From an uncultured virus (IMG/VR IMGVR_UViG_3300033553_000790) (Duplodnaviria; Heunggongvirae; Uroviricota; Caudoviricetes), in IMG/VR virus record IMGVR_UViG_3300033553_000790: DNA of 64,000 bases, one strand, 5' to 3'. Both the position numbers and the translations under genes were made by a program. Under the pieces are notes generated by a model that saw nothing but the letters and a program-made list of their open reading frames with translations, was not told the DNA's origin and searched no databases. This document shows, in pieces, positions 50,515-61,034 of the stretch (the stretch's first letter is position 1; each line of letters begins with the position of its first letter).

Positions 50515-53124
50515 ATGAGCGAAGATGAGAAGATAGTTGAACTACGAAAAATAGACCAAAACTATCTAGCATATAAAATCAAAACATCAGCCCCTGCTGA
50601 ATTTCGTATAAAATCCGGGCAGTTCTTAAGGAATAACGTTCCAGGGGCAAAATGGAATGCCGAAAAGTTCTCATGGATAGTACCCCTTCAGAGAGTATCA
50701 GTTGTTAACCTAAGAAAGATGTTCGACATTCACCCAGTTCCTGGGGGTAACCATCTTATAAGCCCCTACCCATCCGACTTCCTCTCTCAACTTACAGTGA
50801 TAGCAGACAACGGAGCTCCTGATGTTTTTTTATCAAAAGATGGTAAAGCCGCTGAAACGAATATTATTGGTTGGGACAAGCTCGATAAAATAATTGAAGC
50901 TAACGGCGGGAAAGGTAGTGCCGTTCCCATAAGCAAACTTAACGATTATTTGATGATGTTAAGCTCGCAGCTTCCTGAGGTCATAGTGGACGAAGAGATT
51001 AAAAAAATATCTCGTAACAGTGAAGAGAACAGTGCTTTATGTAACAAAAAACAACTATATTTATATGACTTAGACGATCTTAGTATAGAGATACTAAAAA
51101 GCGTCACCCCGTCAGTTAAGAAAAAACTCAACTCAATAGGTGTAACCACCATAAAAGACTTAATAACTTTCTACCCACTCAAATATATTGATCGCAGCAA
51201 ACCTGTAGACTTCAACAATATTCAGGTAGGGGATGAAGTGGCTGTAAACGGAACCATAAAAAGTGTCAAAGTTAACTACACTGGACGCCGGTATGTGAAA
51301 TACATTATTGAGGATGCCTCCAAACAGCGAGTAGCGGCCACTTTCTTCAACCAACAGTGGATAGCGAAACGTTTCAAAGAGGGGATGAAAGTTGTTGTTT
51401 ACGGAAAATATAGCGAATGGGTCAGCAAAGGCAAAGGAACAAAAACTAAACAAATCGAGAACCCTAAAATTGATTTCCTAGACACCGCCAAAGGGAACCT
51501 CGCGATAGTCCCAATATATAACCAATTCCCATCTTTGAAGCTAACTTCAACAGCTCTCACAAAAATTATTCTTGAGCTGGCGAACCGTTTAAAGACGAAC
51601 CATATCTTAATGGAGGAAATAGGGGTTGAGCTCAACAACTCTTTAATAGATATACATACACCATCCAGTAATAAGCAACTTATAAGCGCTATTGATAATC
51701 TAGTTGAACACGAGCTGCTATACCTCCAACTGTTCATACAAACCACAAAAGAAACGCTCAAAGCTAAGCAGGGCATCTCTATGACCCCTGGCGATAAAGG
51801 CGAGTTGAATAAATATATCAAAAAACTGCCATATAAGTTAACAGCTGGACAACAAGCAGCTAAAGAAGAGATTCTTGAAGATATGTCTTCAAACAAACCT
51901 ATGCACAGACTACTCCAAGGTGACGTTGGTTCCGGAAAAACAACCATTGCTGCTTTAGCTAGTTTGAACGCTATTGACAATGGGGGTCAGGTGGCGCTAG
52001 TTGCCCCCACGGAGATACTTGCCAGACAACTATACTATGAGTTAGATAAAATTTTAACCAACTCATCCACCGAAGTAGAGTTCCTAGGTGGAAAACAAAC
52101 AGTTAAAGAGCGACAAAAGATAAATAATGAAATAAGTTCTGGAGAAATAAACATTGTTGTGGGAACACACGCGATACTTCAAGACACAGTTAACTTCAAT
52201 AACCTAGCTCTTGTAATAATTGACGAGCAGCACAGGTTCGGAGTTGAACAAAGAACATCTCTCATATATTCAAGAGAGGACAACAGGATACCTGACGTTT
52301 TATTCATGACCGCCACGCCAATACCAAGGACGAGCGCAATGGTAATTTACGGGGACATGGACATAACTTTCATAAAAGACCTCCCACCTGGTAGGAAGCA
52401 AATAATAACACAAATTGAAAATATCAACCCCGAAAAGCTAATGTCTAAGGTTAAAAGTAAAATATGGCAAGAAATAAATGATGAACTAAGCCAGGGCCGA
52501 CAAGTTTACGTTGTTGCTTCACTCATAGAAGACGGAGATAACGAAAACCTGGTGTCAGTTGAGAGAGCAGCTGAAATGGTGAAAGAAATATTTCCCAACT
52601 ATGTTGTTAGCTCCGTTCATGGAAAAGTTCCCCCGAAAGAAAGAAACGCCGTAATAGAGGAATTCAATAAAGGTAACATCAATATACTCATAGCAACAAC
52701 GGTTATAGAAGTTGGAATAAACGTACCTAACGCAACATCTATGGTGATACTTAATGCCGAAAGGTTCGGGATATCCCAACTACATCAGCTGAGAGGCCGG
52801 GTTGGTCGAGCCGATTTACAATCACGCTGTTATTTGGTTAGTGAAGTGATTAACCCAGTTAGCGCTAAAAGGCTTTCAGCGTTAGCGGAGAGCAATGATG
52901 GTTTCTATTTAGCCGATAGAGATTTAGAAATACGAGGAGAAGGAAAAGTCTTCGGTAACGAACAATCAGGCGTTAGCGATTTGAAAATAGCGTCAATAAA
53001 AGATATAGAAAAGATAAAATCAGCTCAACACAAAATTCATGCTATACTGGGTGAAGAAAAATTAACTGATAGTATGATTAGAAATATGGATAATATTTTC
53101 AACCATAATAAAATAAAATCCTGA
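50515..53124 (+). CDS. recG: RecG helicase with N-terminal extension
   Basis: wedge domain, RLLQGDVGSGKT, DEQHRFG, TATPIPR, QLHQLRGRVGR, DLEIRGEG. Confidence 0.95.
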   Translation: MSEDEKIVELRKIDQNYLAYKIKTSAPAEFRIKSGQFLRNNVPGAKWNAEKFSWIVPLQRVSVVNLRKMFDIHPVPGGNHLISPYPSDFLSQLTVIADNGAPDVFLSKDGKAAETNIIGWDKLDKIIEANGGKGSAVPISKLNDYLMMLSSQLPEVIVDEEIKKISRNSEENSALCNKKQLYLYDLDDLSIEILKSVTPSVKKKLNSIGVTTIKDLITFYPLKYIDRSKPVDFNNIQVGDEVAVNGTIKSVKVNYTGRRYVKYIIEDASKQRVAATFFNQQWIAKRFKEGMKVVVYGKYSEWVSKGKGTKTKQIENPKIDFLDTAKGNLAIVPIYNQFPSLKLTSTALTKIILELANRLKTNHILMEEIGVELNNSLIDIHTPSSNKQLISAIDNLVEHELLYLQLFIQTTKETLKAKQGISMTPGDKGELNKYIKKLPYKLTAGQQAAKEEILEDMSSNKPMHRLLQGDVGSGKTTIAALASLNAIDNGGQVALVAPTEILARQLYYELDKILTNSSTEVEFLGGKQTVKERQKINNEISSGEINIVVGTHAILQDTVNFNNLALVIIDEQHRFGVEQRTSLIYSREDNRIPDVLFMTATPIPRTSAMVIYGDMDITFIKDLPPGRKQIITQIENINPEKLMSKVKSKIWQEINDELSQGRQVYVVASLIEDGDNENLVSVERAAEMVKEIFPNYVVSSVHGKVPPKERNAVIEEFNKGNINILIATTVIEVGINVPNATSMVILNAERFGISQLHQLRGRVGRADLQSRCYLVSEVINPVSAKRLSALAESNDGFYLADRDLEIRGEGKVFGNEQSGVSDLKIASIKDIEKIKSAQHKIHAILGEEKLTDSMIRNMDNIFNHNKIKS

Positions 53125-53169
53125 TTTACAACCGTATTGCTAGTATATAAAGAACTATTGAGGACAACC

Positions 53170-53742
53170 ATGAATGAAACCGCAGAAACAAATAATAAGA
53201 ACGAACTTGTAGAGCCACCGTTATTTGCTTTCCTGAAGCAATACAGCGATACTGTGGCTGGTTCCAGGGCCCAAAAGTTCGCTTACCCCATGATTATCAT
53301 TTCAGTTGTGCTCGTTGCTGCCAGCGTATTTTTAACTATAATACCCGGTCTAGTTATGAACATACTTGTATCTGCTTCAGGGTTAGCAACTGTGGCAGCG
53401 CTACATATCCTCTTATCCCGTAAAGATATTGGCCCTGGCAACATAAAGCAAAGCCACATTAGATATCTTATGATAATTACCGCCACAATTGTCTTAGGCC
53501 TGTTTATAGCATCTCAATTCCTTCCATATGCGTTAGGTGGCTACCTATCTATAATTTTCATTCTCAATGCCGCTTTTTACTGGTTAGTGAATGATAGAAA
53601 CAAAAACGTTGCGATTATGGCTTCACGAAGAGAAGCTGAACTAGAACTAGAGCGTGAGCTTGAACTTGATGACCAGGAAGACATGGATGACGAATCGCCG
53701 GATGATGAGGCCTGGAACGACTATTTAGATGATAGGGACTAA
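53170..53742 (+). CDS. four-TM membrane protein with acidic tail
   Basis: hydrophobic segments; GAGG RBS before ATG 53170. Confidence 0.6.
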   Translation: MNETAETNNKNELVEPPLFAFLKQYSDTVAGSRAQKFAYPMIIISVVLVAASVFLTIIPGLVMNILVSASGLATVAALHILLSRKDIGPGNIKQSHIRYLMIITATIVLGLFIASQFLPYALGGYLSIIFILNAAFYWLVNDRNKNVAIMASRREAELELERELELDDQEDMDDESPDDEAWNDYLDDRD

Positions 53743-53802
53743 TTACTCACATAAACACTCCGATATATAGTAAACAAGAACGTAAAAACAAATGGAGCTG
53801 AC

Positions 53803-55098
53803 GTGTTAATTGCTTTCTCCTCTTATGAAGCCTGGGTGTTTGGCCTTCTAGCTTTCATGCTTATGATATTAATCGTAGCTGCTATGTTTTTGATTGTTCT
53901 TTTTAAAAAACCAAAAGGAAATAAATCTAAAAACAAAGAGCCAAAAGCTAAAAAAACTTTTGGCAAAAAAGACCCTAAAGGGAAAAAGAAGAAGAATGAG
54001 TCGTCCCCTTATCTCAAGGATCAGAAAAATTTTGATGGAAAACCATTCGTAGCTCAGAGAGCCGCCCCCAAGAGCCGCCCAGCTACTATTAACACTTCTG
54101 ATTTCGAAGAGCCTGACGAAAACAATTCCGCCCCTAAGCCTGTCATTTATGAAGGAAACGATGTGGCGATATATGACGACAGGCTGTCTGATAATGAAGA
54201 AGACACTAAGTTCCTCGAATCCCTTAGGAACATACAGGAAACAGATGAAGAAGAGGAAGAGGAAGACTACTCCTCCTTTCCTGACGAAACCCCCTCTAAC
54301 GAAGCTTGGAGCATATTCGCAAATCCTAACACCAAAGAAAAAGATACTCCCCCAAGAGATAGCGAATATCTTATCAGTCAAGAATCAAGAAGACCGATAA
54401 ATACAAACATATCTACAGAAGGCTACGAATCAGATGATGACGATTTAGGATTCGATGAGAATATTGAAGAGGAGGTTCCTTCAAACCCCACTCCCATAGA
54501 AAGCGCACCTGAGCCTCCCCTTATCCCTACCCACCCCACTAAGGTAGAAAACTCCCCTAGATCTTATTCAACTCCCGTTGAGCCGCCAGTAGCAGAAAGC
54601 GCGCCTGAACCTCCGGTATCTTTCCCCCAGTATGAGGCAGGGGAAAAGCCTGTACAGCCGCCTGAGGGGGCTCCTAAGGCTTCACAGGAGCAGCCTACAC
54701 CAAACAGTATCAATAACTCGGAAGACGAAGAGCCAACTCCTGAATTACCTTTTATAAAAACCCCTCCGAAAGTTAATTTACATAACACCTTCCACCCTGT
54801 TGTTGGTTCGGCAAAGTTCACTGAAGCTAAGGAAGTACCAACGGGTAGAACAATAGATGACGCATTAGCTGAATATGATAAACTCTTCAGATCTAAATCT
54901 CCGCAACAGAAATCAGGGGATGAGAAAGCCGTATTCGGCTCTGAAGGCGATTTGGGTGAAATGGATAAGCTATTATCAGCTACTGATGAGAGCGCCGAAG
55001 GTGAGCATGACTACTCAGCTAAATATAAAGACACCACGGAGGAGCAGGCCACTATCTTCATGTTCTCCTCAGATGATTTCTCCAACGAACTCGACTAA
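53803..55098 (+). CDS. membrane-anchored acidic/Pro-rich disordered protein
   Basis: N-terminal TM, Lys patch, E/P-rich remainder. Confidence 0.6.
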   Translation: MLIAFSSYEAWVFGLLAFMLMILIVAAMFLIVLFKKPKGNKSKNKEPKAKKTFGKKDPKGKKKKNESSPYLKDQKNFDGKPFVAQRAAPKSRPATINTSDFEEPDENNSAPKPVIYEGNDVAIYDDRLSDNEEDTKFLESLRNIQETDEEEEEEDYSSFPDETPSNEAWSIFANPNTKEKDTPPRDSEYLISQESRRPINTNISTEGYESDDDDLGFDENIEEEVPSNPTPIESAPEPPLIPTHPTKVENSPRSYSTPVEPPVAESAPEPPVSFPQYEAGEKPVQPPEGAPKASQEQPTPNSINNSEDEEPTPELPFIKTPPKVNLHNTFHPVVGSAKFTEAKEVPTGRTIDDALAEYDKLFRSKSPQQKSGDEKAVFGSEGDLGEMDKLLSATDESAEGEHDYSAKYKDTTEEQATIFMFSSDDFSNELD

Positions 55099-55111
55099 AG
55101 AATTTAATAAG

Positions 55112-55513
55112 ATGAAACCAAATAAAAGAGTAACCATCTCAGAAACTGCTGACGCCAGCCTCAGATCCCTGGGAGCTACAGAAGAAGAAGCAAGTAACAT
55201 ACAAGCTAAATACAGGGACGCTAGCTACTTGGTTAACACAATAAACGAAGCGCAGTTTTCGGGCATACCTCCACGCGCCATAGTTTCTGTTTTAATTATA
55301 GTTAACCCCAAAGAAGCAAAATTTCTTCTACCTAAGAACTCTTTTTGGCTTAAAATAAAATATATTTTAGAAAATCACCCAGGGCTATCAGCGGATAACA
55401 TGGTTTTTTTAGCTTGCTCATCCATAAACATCAAAGAGTTCATCACCATGATAGAAACCTACGGGGTGGAGAGAGTCATATCGTTCTTAGATATGGAGAA
55501 AATTTTCTCTTAA
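55112..55513 (+). CDS. hypothetical protein
   Basis: ATG 55112 just after the previous stop; the longer 54875 start overlaps another gene. Confidence 0.45.
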   Translation: MKPNKRVTISETADASLRSLGATEEEASNIQAKYRDASYLVNTINEAQFSGIPPRAIVSVLIIVNPKEAKFLLPKNSFWLKIKYILENHPGLSADNMVFLACSSINIKEFITMIETYGVERVISFLDMEKIFS

Positions 55514-56385
55514 ATATCGAAATCTTCGCGAGACAGATTATCGCCTAGTTTGCGAAGAGCTTCGTCCCTTGTTTTAGCAACCCAGCTTATATTATGGTTA
55601 AGGGCCTTAGCTGTTTGTTTCAAAGTGTATTTTTTCCAGAAAATGAGGAGAAGTACTTTCTTCTGCGTGGGGGTACACACTAATGTCATTTTAGTTAGAA
55701 GTTCCCTTATTTCATCCTCATTTAAAATTTTATCTATTTCTATAGTACCTTGGTTGCTACCATCACCTAGTGTTATGAAATCAACTATTCTACTAATGTC
55801 CCTATCTGATTTACTTGTCTTCTTTGAGATGCTCTCCCTCTCGCTGAATGAGTCGCTCTGCATCGGGGAAATAAAAGTTTTTGATGAGTTGACCAAAGCT
55901 TTCTTTATTTTATCCTCAGATAAGGATGTCTTCTCTTGAAGGAAACTAATGTAGTCCTTATCATTATAATTAACAGACAGGCCACCATTCTCAACTATGT
56001 TAACCCAATCTTCTGTTGCTTTCAAAACTGCGCGGATGTCTTCCCTAGTTGATCTAGGGGTCCAGTCCATTGCGTTAACGCTGTCAAGTATAGCCCCTTT
56101 TATGCGAAGAGGAGCATACGAGTGGAATTCGTTCTCTCGTTCTAATTCAAATTTCTCTATTGCATCAATAAGCCCTACAACTCCAGCTTGATAAAGATCC
56201 TCATATTGGAGCATAGCTGGCTTTTTAGCTAGTATCTGGCGCGCATAGCGGTCAACCATAGGTAGGTACGACGTTATCAAGAACTCACGCGCTGATAAGT
56301 CATTATGATTTTTGAATTTAATCCAAGAATCTTCTACTTTTTTCCTATGCGCGTCATCCCAATTATGTTTTTTCCGTGGAACCAT
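55510..56385 (-). CDS. FliA/WhiG-family (sigma28-like) RNA polymerase sigma factor
   Basis: EDLYQAGVVGLIDAIEKF, F.SYA..RIKGAILD, DWTPRS, region-4 HTH. Confidence 0.88.
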   Translation of the reverse strand: MVPRKKHNWDDAHRKKVEDSWIKFKNHNDLSAREFLITSYLPMVDRYARQILAKKPAMLQYEDLYQAGVVGLIDAIEKFELERENEFHSYAPLRIKGAILDSVNAMDWTPRSTREDIRAVLKATEDWVNIVENGGLSVNYNDKDYISFLQEKTSLSEDKIKKALVNSSKTFISPMQSDSFSERESISKKTSKSDRDISRIVDFITLGDGSNQGTIEIDKILNEDEIRELLTKMTLVCTPTQKKVLLLIFWKKYTLKQTAKALNHNISWVAKTRDEALRKLGDNLSREDFDI

Positions 56386-56585
56386 TCAACACAACCCGTT
56401 TCGCTAACTTTATTATCAAATATCATATCGGACAATTCTTAGAGACGAGTAATTCGTCACAATAAACAAAGTTTTATATTTAAGACTAATTGATAGGTGG
56501 TATAATAAAACTTAGATGCATTAAACGTGAGAACTATATAATGTGGAATGAATTTTTACAACTACAACTAAATTAAAGAGGAATA

Positions 56586-56870
56586 TTGAAAATTATGATA
56601 TCCATTGAAACTCAAGTACCAAATTTTTCTGAAACCGATATATCTAACAGCGTGGATGACAACGCGAATGGCGAATCGGAGATAATTGAAGAAGAGCACT
56701 ACTATTGTCTGGGTGGCGAACACATCTGCGTTAAAGAAAGAAAAGCTTATGAAACTAGGGAATTATTAACAGATTGCGAAGATCACGGAACTATCATGAT
56801 CAATCTTGTTCTCTCTGACGAATATATTGCTAGGCATTTGATTATGGACAGGGTAGGTATACATGGCTAA
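56586..56870 (+). CDS. small hypothetical protein
   Basis: GAGGA RBS, TTG start. Confidence 0.45.
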   Translation: MKIMISIETQVPNFSETDISNSVDDNANGESEIIEEEHYYCLGGEHICVKERKAYETRELLTDCEDHGTIMINLVLSDEYIARHLIMDRVGIHG

Positions 56871-58260
56871 AAAGTTATATAGATGTAGTAGCTGTAAATA
56901 TGAAACTCCAACCTATTTTGGTGTCTGTAAACAATGTGAAGATGTAGGAACCTGCGAAGAGATATCAGAGTCTAATAGCTCTTCCGGTAAAAAAGTAGGG
57001 ATGAAAACTAACGTTAGCAGTAGAGTTCCCACTACTAACGCTGAAAGTATCACATCTATCAAACCGCAGAAGCACTTAAGGTTAGATACTGGGATCGGTG
57101 AATTTAACCGTGTTTTAGGTGGCGGGCTGGTGCCTGGTGGCGTTGTTTTACTAGCTGGTGAACCTGGCGCGGGTAAGAGCACCCTACTTGGGCATCTAGC
57201 TAAAAGCCTCTCCGATAAAAGCAACACTGTTCTTTATATATCCGGAGAGGAATCCGTTGAGCAAATTAGGTTACGCTCTGAGCGGATAAACTCTTTAAAT
57301 GATAGAATACTTGTTGCCGCTGAGAAGGATGTTACTTTAGCTATTGGTCACATAGAAATGCACAAACCTGACCTAGTTATAATAGATTCCATCCAAACTT
57401 TAGCTTCTCCTGACGAGCCGGGTAGAGCCGGAGGCGTAGCACAGGTGAATGAAGTATCAAGCTTGTTAGTGACCGTCGCTAAACAATTACATATACCGAT
57501 GGTGCTAGTTGGTCACGTAACTAAAGACGGTAACATAGCAGGGCCAAGAACTATTGAGCATCTTGTCGATGTTGTTCTACAATTAGAATCCGCCGATAAC
57601 TCACCTTTGCGAATTCTACGAGCAAGTAAGAACCGCTACGGTAACGTTGATGAAGTCGGATGTTTTGAGCATGCCGACGAGGGGTTACTAGAAGTTAAAG
57701 ACCCGTCTAAGTTATTATTGGGAGATAGAACTGAACGCACGAGCATGAGCGGGGTGGTAACTTGTATCATAATGGAAGGTATCCGTGCTATGCCTATAGA
57801 AATCCAGGCCCTCGCAGTGACAAGCTCTTTGAGCAACCCACGCCGCGTAGCTAACGGGTTAGAACATCAGCGTTCATTGATGGTTGAAGCAATCACCGAG
57901 AAACACGCTGGTGTAATGATTATGGATAGGGACGTTTTCGTTTCTACTGTAGGCGGTATCAAGGTTAAAGAGCCTGGAACGGACTTAGCTTTGGCATTAG
58001 CTATCGCATCGAGCTCTCAAGATATACAAATTAGTACGCAGGCAATCGCTATTGGTGAGCTTGAACTAAGCGGCGAAGTTAGAGCTGTGGCGTACATGAG
58101 TCAAAGAATTAAAGAAGCCGTAAGAATGGGCTTCCAAGAGCTTTATATACCCAAGGGCGCATCTAAGTACGTTCCTAAGGGAGCGGACATTAAAGTTTAT
58201 GAGGTCAAAACAATAAGAGAAGCTGTTATCCTCATGAAAGAAAAAAGTATGAAAAAATAA
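56863..58260 (+). CDS. radA: DNA repair protein RadA/Sms
   Basis: C4 zinc finger, GEPGAGKST, IDSIQT, KNRYG, Lon-like C-terminus. Confidence 0.95.
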   Translation: MAKKLYRCSSCKYETPTYFGVCKQCEDVGTCEEISESNSSSGKKVGMKTNVSSRVPTTNAESITSIKPQKHLRLDTGIGEFNRVLGGGLVPGGVVLLAGEPGAGKSTLLGHLAKSLSDKSNTVLYISGEESVEQIRLRSERINSLNDRILVAAEKDVTLAIGHIEMHKPDLVIIDSIQTLASPDEPGRAGGVAQVNEVSSLLVTVAKQLHIPMVLVGHVTKDGNIAGPRTIEHLVDVVLQLESADNSPLRILRASKNRYGNVDEVGCFEHADEGLLEVKDPSKLLLGDRTERTSMSGVVTCIIMEGIRAMPIEIQALAVTSSLSNPRRVANGLEHQRSLMVEAITEKHAGVMIMDRDVFVSTVGGIKVKEPGTDLALALAIASSSQDIQISTQAIAIGELELSGEVRAVAYMSQRIKEAVRMGFQELYIPKGASKYVPKGADIKVYEVKTIREAVILMKEKSMKK

Positions 58261-58327
58261 AAACAAACGCACTAGATATATGCTATACTGAATTAACATT
58301 ACAGAAAACTACTACCAAGGAGTTATT

Positions 58328-58831
58328 ATTAAAGATTTAAGAGTTAACCGACAGATCCGCACTAACCGGGACATCCTGTTAGTGGTACCGAGCCAGTCTG
58401 CTCCTGTTCCCGTAGCAGTAGAATCAGCTATCAGGTTAGCTGAAGAGCAAGGCCTCGACTTAGTAGAAATGAGCAACCAGAATGGTGTTTCTACTTGTAA
58501 AATTATGGACTACGGCAAATATTCTTATAAAAAGAAACAAGCCGAAAAAGCTAACCGCCAAGTCAACAAACATATTACCAAAGAGTATAAATTCGGCGTT
58601 AACATTACAGACCACGATCTGGGCATAAAGATATCCCATATGTCTGAATACATAGACAAAAATGCTGTCGTTAAAGTAACTATCCGACTAAGAGGTAGAG
58701 AAATGTCTCACCCCGCGTTAGCCGTTAGCCTCGCTGAAAAAATTTCTGCCGGACTGGGCGATAAGGCTAAGATACTACAGGCTATGAGCACCGAAGGTAA
58801 CACGATGCATTTTTCTCTTGTGAAAAAATAG
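58328..58831 (+). CDS. infC: translation initiation factor IF3 with ATT start
   Basis: AAGGAG then ATT 58328 gives (M)KDLRVNRQIR; GLDLVE, CKIMDYGKYSY, HDL..K, VKVTIRLRGRE. Confidence 0.88.
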   Translation: MKDLRVNRQIRTNRDILLVVPSQSAPVPVAVESAIRLAEEQGLDLVEMSNQNGVSTCKIMDYGKYSYKKKQAEKANRQVNKHITKEYKFGVNITDHDLGIKISHMSEYIDKNAVVKVTIRLRGREMSHPALAVSLAEKISAGLGDKAKILQAMSTEGNTMHFSLVKK

Positions 58832-58883
58832 CGGGCCGATATTAGTAATTACATTTTTAATATTAGGTTAGGTATAATAAATT

Positions 58884-59924
58884 ATGGTCAATAGTATCAA
58901 TTTACAGGATTTTGACAACCAAGAGTTCGATGGCACTACCGTTGATGGAACACGAGTTTATTCAGCTGACCAAGTTGATGCGTTTTTAGAGAATCGGGTA
59001 AGGCCTACGCTTGAGGAATCTTTCAAGGCGGTCGCGGAACTGAAAAACAGCTCTAGCCGGGGTCGAGCAAGCCAAGAAAGCGTAGAAATCTTAGACATGG
59101 CTTCGAAGCTGGCTAACGAACACGTAGAAGCAGCTAAAGAGCGTGCCCTTAGTCTTATGGCTACCGCTGAAGAGCAGAAAGCCCAAGCGGAAAATGAGCT
59201 TGAGATAATTAGAACTCGTACTCAAAACCTAAAAGAGTACGGCGAAACTGTAAAATCGACACTTTTAGCTTACATCACTGATATAACCACTGATGTAGAT
59301 AGTTATAATATATCAGATATTTCAGCGCCCGAAGGTACAGTTCTAGAGGCTCAAGACGAAAATTCTGAAGTTGAAGATGAGGTAGAAGTTGTTGCTGAGC
59401 CTGAAGTTGAAGATGAGGTAGAAGTTGTTGCTGAGCCTGAAGTTGAAGATGAGGTAGAAGTTGTTGCTGAGCCTGAAGTTGAAGAAGAAGATGTCGCTGA
59501 AGTTGAAGAAGAGGTTGGTGTTGAACCTGAACTTGAAGTAGAAGTCGCTGCTGAACCTGAACTTGAAGCTGAGGTAGTTGAAAGCACCACCCCGTATGCG
59601 GCTCCTACTGCTGATGACGGCGATGACACCCCGAACGATGAAACTGAGTTTGCTTCTGACACTAAGGACGACCAAGTGTCGTTCGCTGACGATGAGGAGA
59701 GTGCCACTGCGCCAAGCGTGGATTATGGCGACGCACCAGAGTTAGCTTTAGACGACGAAGAGGATTCTTATAACGAAATTGAATTAGAAATGGATGAGCC
59801 CGGTTCGCATGATGAAGCTAAGGTTGAGTTAACGTTAGAAGACGATGACGAGGCCCCTGCTCCTGGTAGCGGTATTCCGGCATGGGATAAAGCTGAAGAA
59901 GAAATAGAGCTTGACCAAAACTAA
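58884..59924 (+). CDS. DivIVA/Wag31-like protein with long acidic tail
   Basis: YSADQVDAFLE, coiled coil, E/D-rich C-terminus. Confidence 0.65.
   Translation: MVNSINLQDFDNQEFDGTTVDGTRVYSADQVDAFLENRVRPTLEESFKAVAELKNSSSRGRASQESVEILDMASKLANEHVEAAKERALSLMATAEEQKAQAENELEIIRTRTQNLKEYGETVKSTLLAYITDITTDVDSYNISDISAPEGTVLEAQDENSEVEDEVEVVAEPEVEDEVEVVAEPEVEDEVEVVAEPEVEEEDVAEVEEEVGVEPELEVEVAAEPELEAEVVESTTPYAAPTADDGDDTPNDETEFASDTKDDQVSFADDEESATAPSVDYGDAPELALDDEEDSYNEIELEMDEPGSHDEAKVELTLEDDDEAPAPGSGIPAWDKAEEEIELDQN
59365..59485 (+). repeat. 36-bp coding tandem repeat, three copies plus partial
   Basis: CTGAAGTTGAAGATGAGGTAGAAGTTGTTGCTGAGC at 59365, 59401, 59437. Confidence 0.9.
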
Positions 59925-59954
59925 TTTAGCATACTTATTTGAGAGGTCTGTAAT

Positions 59955-60332
59955 TTGTCACTAGAATTTTTTATCATTGTTGCGGCCAGCCTTTTTTCGA
60001 CTATTCTGACTTCCTTTATGGGAGCTTCCGTAGATAGAAAAATGACTGGCGGAAGTATTACTTCACCACCAAGGTCATATTGCGTTTGCGGGGAGCCATT
60101 AAAAGGCTACCAACTAATCCCCATAATATATCCTCTCATTGTTAAGTTCCGCGCACCATGTGGAAATAAAATCCCCTATAGGTACCCTATGACGGAGTTG
60201 TTCACGGCGCTAGGCACGGCACTTGGGGTATGGATGATATTAAACAGCGGATTGTATTTTGGTATCGCAATTATCGCCTTAAGCTTCTTTATATCCGCTA
60301 TGATGATCGTATCGCCGCACCAGAAAAAGTAG
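59955..60332 (+). CDS. stand-alone prepilin peptidase (A24) N-terminal domain
   Basis: PPRSYC.CG..L....IP......RAPC..KI..RYP.TEL. Confidence 0.7.
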   Translation: MSLEFFIIVAASLFSTILTSFMGASVDRKMTGGSITSPPRSYCVCGEPLKGYQLIPIIYPLIVKFRAPCGNKIPYRYPMTELFTALGTALGVWMILNSGLYFGIAIIALSFFISAMMIVSPHQKK

Positions 60333-60350
60333 AAGGAGAGTAACCATTAA

Positions 60351-61034
60351 ATGGATACTAACCACGGCCATAAACCAGAATATATCGAAGGAACATCTAC
60401 CCCTATAGAATACACAAAATCTGGGTGGCCTATTTTTGCTATAGGGTCTGATATGGCATATATATCAATAGATGATTTTGGAAATACTTCGCTACTCATG
60501 ATTATGAGGGGTATTGAGCCATACAAAGGGCATTATGCCCTACCGGGTGGCCACACCGATCCCACCGAGACCACTTTAGAGGGAGCCATCAGGGAAACCG
60601 AAGAGGAAGTGAACATTTCACTCAATAAGGATGTTACATCTTTGAGCCATGTTAACTCTACTCCTGGCAGGGACCCAAATAAGCCAACTATGGCATCTAT
60701 CCACTACCATTTAACGGATAAACCCCAGAAGCCACAACCGGGGGACGATGCAGCGGAAGCTTCTCATGTTCGACTGAATGAAACTTTTAATCGCCCTTTA
60801 GCTTTTGGCGTCCGGGATGATTTAGCTAATCTATATAATAACTTAGCTGAAAGAGCCTACTATAATTTAGGTTTTTTCATCAAAGTATTAGATGGAAGCT
60901 CAAACGAAGCTATAGCCAGAAGCGTTAAAGAAATTTTCGATATAACCAACGACCCTAAGTATGATATAATAACTTTAGAAAAAATTGTTGATAATGTCAA
61001 AGCTTACAGGTCGGGGTTTAATATATGGGAATAA
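60351..61034 (+). CDS. Nudix hydrolase (ADP-ribose pyrophosphatase-like)
   Basis: ALPGGH....ETTLEGAIRETEEEV, GRDP, GDDA, LAF. Confidence 0.85.
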   Translation: MDTNHGHKPEYIEGTSTPIEYTKSGWPIFAIGSDMAYISIDDFGNTSLLMIMRGIEPYKGHYALPGGHTDPTETTLEGAIRETEEEVNISLNKDVTSLSHVNSTPGRDPNKPTMASIHYHLTDKPQKPQPGDDAAEASHVRLNETFNRPLAFGVRDDLANLYNNLAERAYYNLGFFIKVLDGSSNEAIARSVKEIFDITNDPKYDIITLEKIVDNVKAYRSGFNIWE

